64,000 nucleotides of DNA. It comes from Eledone cirrhosa. Taxonomy: Eukaryota. Below the pieces are notes generated by a model. The model was not told the DNA's origin. It saw nothing but the letters and a program-made list of their open reading frames with translations, and did not search any database. A program made the position numbers and the translations under genes. Numbering within the stretch: the stretch's first letter is position 1; each line of letters opens with the position of its first letter. The stretch lies in contig OZ024741.1 in the NCBI GenBank assembly GCA_964016885.1, positions 316,634,001 through 316,698,000 of the forward strand. The letters are read 5' to 3'. Shown here piece by piece: positions 55,896-64,000 of the stretch.

Positions 55896-58728
55896 AGATG
55901 ATAGACTAGATGATAGGCTGTAGATGATAGACTGTAGATGATAGACTGTAGATGATAGACTGTCTGTAGATGATACACGGTACATGATAGACTGCTGAAG
56001 ATAGACTGTAGATGATAGACTAGATGATAGACTGTAGAAGATAGACTGTAGATGATAGACTGTAGATGATAGACTTTAGATGATAGACTGTAGATGATAG
56101 ACTGTAGATGATAGACTGTAGAAGATAGACTGTAGATGATAGACTGTACATGATAGACTGTAGAAGATAGACTGTAGATGATAGACTGTAGAAGATAGAC
56201 TGTAGATGATAGACTGTAGATGATACACGGTACATGATAGACTGCTGAAGATAGACTGTAGATGATAGACTGTAGATGATAGACTGTAGATGATAGATGG
56301 TACATGATAGACTTTAGAAGATAGACTGTAGATGATAGACTGTAGATGATAGACTGTAGATGATAGACTGTAGATGATAGACGGTACATGATAGACTTTA
56401 GAAGATAGACTGTAGATGATAGACTGTAGATGATAGACGGTACATGATAGACTTTAGAAGATAGACTGTAGATGATAGACTGTAGATGATAGACTGTAGA
56501 TGATAGACTGTAGATGATAGACGGTACATGATAGACTTTAGAAGATAGACTGTAGATGATAGACTGTAGATGATAGACGGTACATGATAGACTGTAGAAG
56601 ATAGACTGTAGATGATAGACTGTAGATGATAGACGGTACATGATAGACTTTAGAAGATAGACTGTAGATGATAGACTGTAGATGATAGACTGTAGATGAT
56701 AGACTGTAGATGATAGACGGTACATGATAGACTTTAGAAGATAGACTGTAGATGATAGACTGTTGATGATAGACTATAGATGAGAGACTGTAGATGATAG
56801 ACTGTAGAAGATAGACTGTAGAAGATAGACTGTAGATGATAGACTGTAGATGATAGACTGTAGATGATAGACGGTACATGATAGACTTTAGAAGATAGAC
56901 TGTAGATGATAGACTGTAGATGATAGACGGTACATGATAGACTTTAGAAGATAGACTGTAGATGATAGACTGTAGATGATAGACTGTAGATGATAGACTG
57001 TAGATGATAGACGGTACATGATAGACTTTAGAAGATAGACTGTAGATGATAGACTGTTGATGATAGACTATAGATGAGAGACTGTAGATGATAGACTGTA
57101 GAAGACAGACTGTAGAAGATAGACTGTAGATGATAGACTGTAGATGATAGACTGTAGATGATAGACTGTAGAAGATAGACTGTAAATGATAGACTGTAGA
57201 TGATAGACTGTAGAAGATAGACTGTAGAAGATAGACTGTAGATGATAGACTGTAGATGATAGACTGTAGATGATAGACTGTAGAAGATAGACTGTAAATG
57301 ATAGACTGTAGATAATAGACTTTAGATGATAGACTGTAGATGATAGACTGTAGATGATAGACTGTAGAAGATAGACTGTAGATGATAGACTGTACATGAT
57401 AGACTGTAGAAGATAGACTGTAGATGATAGACTGTAGAAGATAGACTGTAGATGATAGACTGTAGATGATACACGGTACATGATAGACTGCTGAAGATAG
57501 ACTGTTTATGATACATGGTACATGAGACTCAGTAGATGATAGACTGTAGAAAATAGACTGTAGATCATAGACTATAGAAGATAGACTGTAGAAGATAGAC
57601 TGTAGATGATAGACTGTAGATGATAGACTTTAGATGATAGACTGTAGATGATAGACTGTAGATGATAGACTGTAGAAGATAGACTGTAGATGATAGACTG
57701 TACATGATAGACTGTAGAAGATAGACTGTAGATGATAGACTGTAGAAGATAGACTGTAGATGATAGACTGTAGATGATACACGGTACATGATAGACTGCT
57801 GAAGATAGACTGTAGATGATAGACTGTAGATGATAGACTGTAGATGATAGATGGTACATGATAGACTTTAGAAGATAGACTGTAGATGATAGACTGTAGA
57901 TGATAGACTGTAGATGATAGACTGTAGATGATAGACGGTACATGATAGACATTAGAAGATAGACTGTAGATGATAGACTGTAGATGATAGACGGTACATG
58001 ATAGACTTTAGAAGATAGACTGTAGATGATAGACTGTAGATGATAGACTGTAGATGATAGACTGTAGATGATAGACGGTACATGATAGACTTTAGAAGAT
58101 AGACTGTAGATGATAGACTGTTGATGATAGACTATAGATGAGAGACTGTAGATGATAGACTGTAGAAGATAGACTGTAGAAGATAGACTGTAGATGATAG
58201 ACTGTAGATGATAGACTGTAGATGATAGACTGTAGAAGATAGACTGTAAATGATAGACTGTAGATGATAGACTGTAGAAGATAGACTGTAGAAGATAGAC
58301 TGTAGATGATAGACTGTAGATGATAGACTGTAGATGATAGACTGTAGATGATAGACTGTAGATGATAGACGGTACATGATAGACTTTAGAAGATAGACTG
58401 TAGATGATAGACTGTTGATGATAGACTATAGATGAGAGACTGTAGATGATAGACTGTAGAAGATAGACTGTAGAAGATAGACTGTAGATGATAGACTGTA
58501 GATGATAGACTGTAGATGATAGACTGTAGAAGATAGCCTATAAATGATAGACTGTAGATGATAGACTGTAGAAGATAGACTGTAGAAGATAGACTGTAGA
58601 AGATAGACTGTAGATGATAGACTGTAGATGATAGACTGTAGATGATAGACTGTAGAAGATAGACTGTAAATGATAGACTGTAGATAATAAACTGTAGATG
58701 ATAGACTGTAGAAGATAGATTAGATAAT

Positions 58729-58872
58729 TGTTTCTACTTTTGGCACAAGGCCAGCAATTACCCAGTGCATTACTGGTACTTTATTTTATCGACCCCGTAA
58801 GGATGAAAGGCAAAGTCAACCTCGGCGGGATTTGAACTCAGATCGTAAAGGGACGTAACTATGCTGGAAAGC
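58729..58872 (-). mobile_element. SINE family A inserted in satellite with a 14-bp TSD
   Basis: ATAGATTAGATAAT at 58715-58728 and 58873-58886. Confidence 0.93.
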
Positions 58873-61800
58873 ATAGATTAGATAATAGACTGTAGTAGAT
58901 AGATAAGATAATAGACTTTACATGATAGACTGTAGAATATAGACTGTACATGATAGACTGTAGAAGATAGACTGTAGATGATAGACTGTAAAAGACATAC
59001 TGTAGATGATAGACTGTAGATGATAGACTAGATGATAGTCTGTATAAGATAGACTGTAGATGATAGACTGTATATGATATACTGTAGATGATATACTGTA
59101 GACAGCAGATGATAGATTGTAGAGGATAGACTGTTTATGATACATGGTACATGAGACTCAGTAGATGATAGACTGTAGAAAATAGACTGTAGATCATAGA
59201 CTATAGAAGATAGACTGTAGAAGATACACTGTAGATGATAGACGGTAGAAGATAGACTGTAGATGATAGACTGTAGATGGTAGACTGTAGAAGATAGACT
59301 GTAGATGATAGACTGTAGATGATAGACTGTAGAAGATAGATAGTAGATGATAGACTGTAGATGATAGACTGTAGATGATAGACTGTAGATGATAGACTGT
59401 AGAAGATAGACTGTAAATGATAGACTGTAGATAATAGACTGTAGATGATAGACTGTAGAAGATAGACTGTAGAAGATAGACTAGATGATAGACTATTAGT
59501 AGATAGACTAGATAATAGACTGTACATGATACACTGTAGAAGATGGACTGTAAATGATAGACTGTAGAAGATAGACAAGATAATAGACTGTACATGATAG
59601 ACTGTAGAGGATAGATTGTAGATGATAGGCTGTAGATTATAGTCTATAGAAGATAGATTAGAAGATGGACTGTAGAAGATACACTGTAGAAAATAGACTG
59701 TAGATGTTAGACTGTAGATAATAGACTGTAGAAGATAGACTGAAGAAAATACACTGTAGATGATTGACCGTAGCTGATAGACTAGAAGATAGACTGCAGA
59801 AGATAGACTGTAACTGACAGATTAGAATATAGACTGTAGAAGATATACCGTTGAAGTTAGACTGTAGAAGATAGACTGTAGAAGTTAGACTGTAGAGGAT
59901 AGACTGTAGAAGATAGACAGTATATGATAGATTGTAGATGATAGACTGTAGATGATAGACGGTAGATGACAGACTGTAGAAAATAGATGGTAGAAGATAG
60001 AATGTAGATGTTAGCTGTAGATGATAGACTGTAGATGATAGAAGATAGAATGTAGATGTTAGCTGTAGATGATAGACTGTAGATGATAGACTGTAGATGT
60101 TAGACTGTAGATTATAGACTGTAGAAGATAGACTCTAGAAGATAGACTGTAGAAGATAGACTATAGAAGATAGACTGCAGATGATAGAGGGTAGAGGATA
60201 GACTGTAGATGATAGACTCTAGAAGATAGACTGTAGAAGTTATACTGTAGAAGATAGACTAGAAGTTAGACTGTAGATGACAGACTAGAATATAGACTGT
60301 AGAAGATATACTGTAGAAGGTAGACTGTAGAAGATAGACTGTAGATGATAGACTGTAGATGTAGGACTGTAGAAGATAGACGGTAGAAAATAGACTGTAG
60401 AAGATAGACTGTAGAAGATAGACTGCAGAAGATAGAATGTAGATGATAGACTGTAGATGATAGACTGTAGAAGATAGACTGTAGAAGATAAGATAGACTG
60501 TAGATGATAGTCTAGAAGATAGATTGTAGAAGATAGACTGTAGTAAATAGACTGTAGATGATAGACTGTAGGTGATAGACTAGAATATAGACTGTAGAAG
60601 ATAGACTGCAGATGTTAGACTGTAGATGATAGACCGTAGATGATGGACTGTAGATGATAGACTGTAGATGCAAGACTGTAGAATATAGACTGTAGATGAT
60701 AGACTGTAGAAGATAGACAGTATATGATAGATTGTAGATGATAGACTGTAGATGATAGACTGTAGATGATAGACGGTACATGATAGACTTTAGAAGATAG
60801 ACTGTAGATGATAGACTGTTGATGATAGACTATAGATGAGAGACTGTAGATGATAGACTGTAGAAGATAGACTGTAGAAGATAGACTGTAGATGATAGAC
60901 TGTAGATGATAGACTGTAGATGATAGACTGTAGAAGATAGACTGTAAATGATAGACTGTAGATGATAGACTGTAGAAGATAGACTGTAGAAGATAGACTG
61001 TAGATGATAGACTGTAGATGATAGACTGTAGATGATAGACTGTAGAAGATAGACTGTAAATGATAGACTGTAGATAATAAACTGTAGATGATAGACTGTA
61101 GAAGATAGATTAGATAATAGACTGTAGTAGATAGATAAGATAATAGACTGTACATGATAGACTGTAGAATATAGACTGTACATGATAGACTGTAGAAGAT
61201 AGACTGTAGATGATAGACTGTAAAAGACATACTGTAGATGATAGACTGTAGATGATAGACTAGATGATAGTCTGTATAAGATAGACTGTAGATGATAGAC
61301 TGTATATGATATACTGTAGATGATATACTGTAGACAGCAGATGATAGATTGTAGAGGATAGACTGTTTATGATACATGGTACATGAGACTCAGTAGATGA
61401 TAGACTGTAGAAAATAGACTGTAGATCATAGACTATAGAAGATAGACTGTAGAAGATACACTGTAGATGATAGACGGTAGAAGATAGACTGTAGATGATA
61501 GACTGTAGATAGTAGACTGTAGAAGATAGACTGTAGATGATAGACTGTAGATGATACACTGTAGAAGATAGACAGTAGATGATAGACTGTAGATGATAGA
61601 CTGTAGATGATAGACTGTAGATGATAGACTGTAGAAGATAGACTGTAAATGACAGACTGTAGATAATAGACTGTAGATGATAGACTGTAGAAGATAGACT
61701 GTAGAAGATAGACTAGATGATAGACTATTAGTAGATAGACTAGATAATAGACTGTACATGATACACTGTAGAAGATGGACTGTAAATGATAGACTGTAGA

Positions 61801-64000
61801 AGATAGACAAGATAATAGACTGTACATGATAGACTGTAGAGGATAGACTGTAGATGATAGGCTGTAGATTATAGTCTATAGAAGATCGACTAGAAGATGG
61901 ACTGTAGAAGATACACTGTAGAAAATAGACTGTAGATGTTAGACTGTAGATAATAGACTGTAGAAGATAGACTGAAGAAAATACACTGTAGATGATTGAC
62001 CGTAGCTGATAGACTAGAAGATAGACTGCAGAAGATAGACTGTAACTGACAGATTAGAATATAGACTGTAGAAGATATACCGTTGAAATTAGACTGTAGA
62101 AGATAGACTGTAAAAGTTAGACTGTAGAGGATAGACTGTAGAAGATAGACAGTATATAATAGATTGTAGATGATAGACTGTAGATGATAGACGGTAGATG
62201 ACAGACTGTAGAAAATAGATGGTAGAAGATAGAATGTAAATGTTAGTTGTAGATGATAGACTGTAGATGATAGACTGTAGATGTTAGACTGTAGATTATA
62301 GACTGTAGAAGATAGACTATAGAAGATAGACTGCAGATGATAGAGGGTAGAGGATAGACTGTAGATGATAGACTCTAGAAGATAGACTGTAGAAGTTATA
62401 CTGTAGAAGATAGACTAGAAGTTAGACTGTAGATGACAGACTAGAATATAGACTGTAGAAGATATACTGTAGAAGGTAGACTGTAGAAGGTAGACTGTAG
62501 ATGATAGACTGTAGATGTAGGACTGTAGAAGATAGACGGTAGAAAATAGACTGTAGAAGATAGACTGTAGAAGACAGACTGCAGAAGATAGAATGTAGAT
62601 GATAGACTGTAGATGATAGACTGTAGAAAATAGACTGTAGAAGATAAGATAGACTGTAGATGATAGTCTAGAAGATAGATTGTAGAAGATAGACTGTAGT
62701 AAATAGACTGTAGATGATAGACTGTAGATGATACACTGTAGATAGACTGTAGAAGATAGACTGCAGAATATAGACTGTAGATGATAGACTGTAGGTGATA
62801 GACTAGAATATTGACTGTAGAAGATAGACTGCAGATGTTAGACTGTAGATGATAGACCGTAGATGATGGACTGTAGATGATAGACTGTAGATGCTAGACT
62901 GTAGAATATAGACTGTAGATGATAGACTGTAGAAGATAGACAGTATATGATAGATTGTAGATGATAGACTGTAGATGACAGACTGTAGATGATAGACTGT
63001 AGATGATAGACTGTAGATGATAGACTGTAGATGATAGACTGTAGATGATAGACTGTAGATGATAGACTGTAGAAGATAGACTGTAGAAGATAGACTAGAT
63101 GATAGACTATTAGTAGATAGACTAGATAATAGACTGTACATGATACACTGTAGAAGATGGACTGTAAATGATAGACTGTAGAAGATAGACAAGATAATAG
63201 ACTGTACATGATAGACTGTAGAGGATAGATTGTAGATGATAGGCTGTAGATTATAGTCTATAGAAGATAGATTAGAAGATGGACTGTAGAAGATACACTG
63301 TAGAAAATAGACTGTAGATGTTAGACTGTAGATAATAGACTGTAGAAGATAGACTGAAGAAAATACACTGTAGATGATTGACCGTAGCTGATAGACTGGA
63401 AGATAGACTGCAGAAGATAGACTGTAACTGACAGATTAGAATATAGACTGTAGAAGATATACCGTTGAAGTTAGACTGTAGAAGATAGACTGTAGAAGTT
63501 AGACTGTAGAGGATAGACTGTAGAAGATAGACAGTATATGATAGATTGTAGATGATAGACTGTAGATGATAGACGGTAGATGACAGACTGTAGAAAATAG
63601 ATGGTAGAAGATAGAATGTAGATGTTAGCTGTAGATGATAGACTGTAGATGATAGACTGTAGATGTTAGACTGTAGATTATAGACTGTAGAAGATAGACT
63701 ATAGAAGATAGACTGCAGATGATAGAGGGTAGAGGATAGACTGTAGATGATAGACTCTAGAAGATAGACTGTAGAGGTTATACTGTAGAAGATAGACTAG
63801 AAGTTAGACTGTAGATGACAGACTAGAATATAGACTGTAGAAGATATACTGTAGAAGGTAGACTGTAGAAGATAGACTGTAGATGATAGACTGTAGATGT
63901 AGGACTGTAGAAGATAGACGGTAGAAAATAGACTGTAGAAGATAGACTGTAGAAGATAGACTGCAGAAGATAGAATGTAGATGATAGACTGTAGATGATA

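Larger units (their letters stand above)
42250..64000. repeat. 14-bp satellite GATAGACTGTAGA(T/A) with higher-order repeats; continues past the window
   Basis: Continuous monomers. Diagnostic variant blocks recur at spacings of ~5.0-5.2/4.5 kb, 2.23 kb and 1.38 kb. Confidence 0.97.

Noticed and set aside
37752-63209. Many long minus-strand ORFs (up to 512 aa; SSTVYHLQSIIYSL repeats)
   Set aside because: The consensus 14-mer has no stop codon in any minus-strand frame, so overlapping ORFs arise automatically. There is no evidence of coding.

Overview
Eukaryotic, repeat-dominated window with no recognisable host gene. The SINE families, R4/Dong, RTE and Penelope content and dense microsatellites suggest a coleoid cephalopod such as Octopus (inference only). 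Bases 1-37.6 kb are a mosaic of mobile elements: a nearly full-length but disrupted Tx1/L1-clade LINE, R4/Dong-, CRE- and RTE-clade fragments, three Penelope-like element (PLE) coding remnants plus many PLE termini in (TA)n tracts, a non-autonomous LTR element with a tRNA-Trp PBS, a non-autonomous Helitron, piggyBac-type MITEs and tRNA-derived SINEs. Bases 37.65-64 kb are a 14-bp GATAGAC-based satellite with higher-order repeats of about 5, 2.2 and 1.4 kb. It carries three copies of a CR1 fragment and one SINE with a 14-bp TSD. Main observations: (i) about 9 hammerhead-ribozyme-like motifs of several sequence families lie within 21 kb, and two sit in long palindromes whose axes fall on ribozyme helices; (ii) an R4/Dong family appears to target (CATA)n, and its 3' stem-loop motif resembles the tail of the local SINE; (iii) the satellite's history can be read from diagnostic variants. 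All alignments and folds were done by eye.
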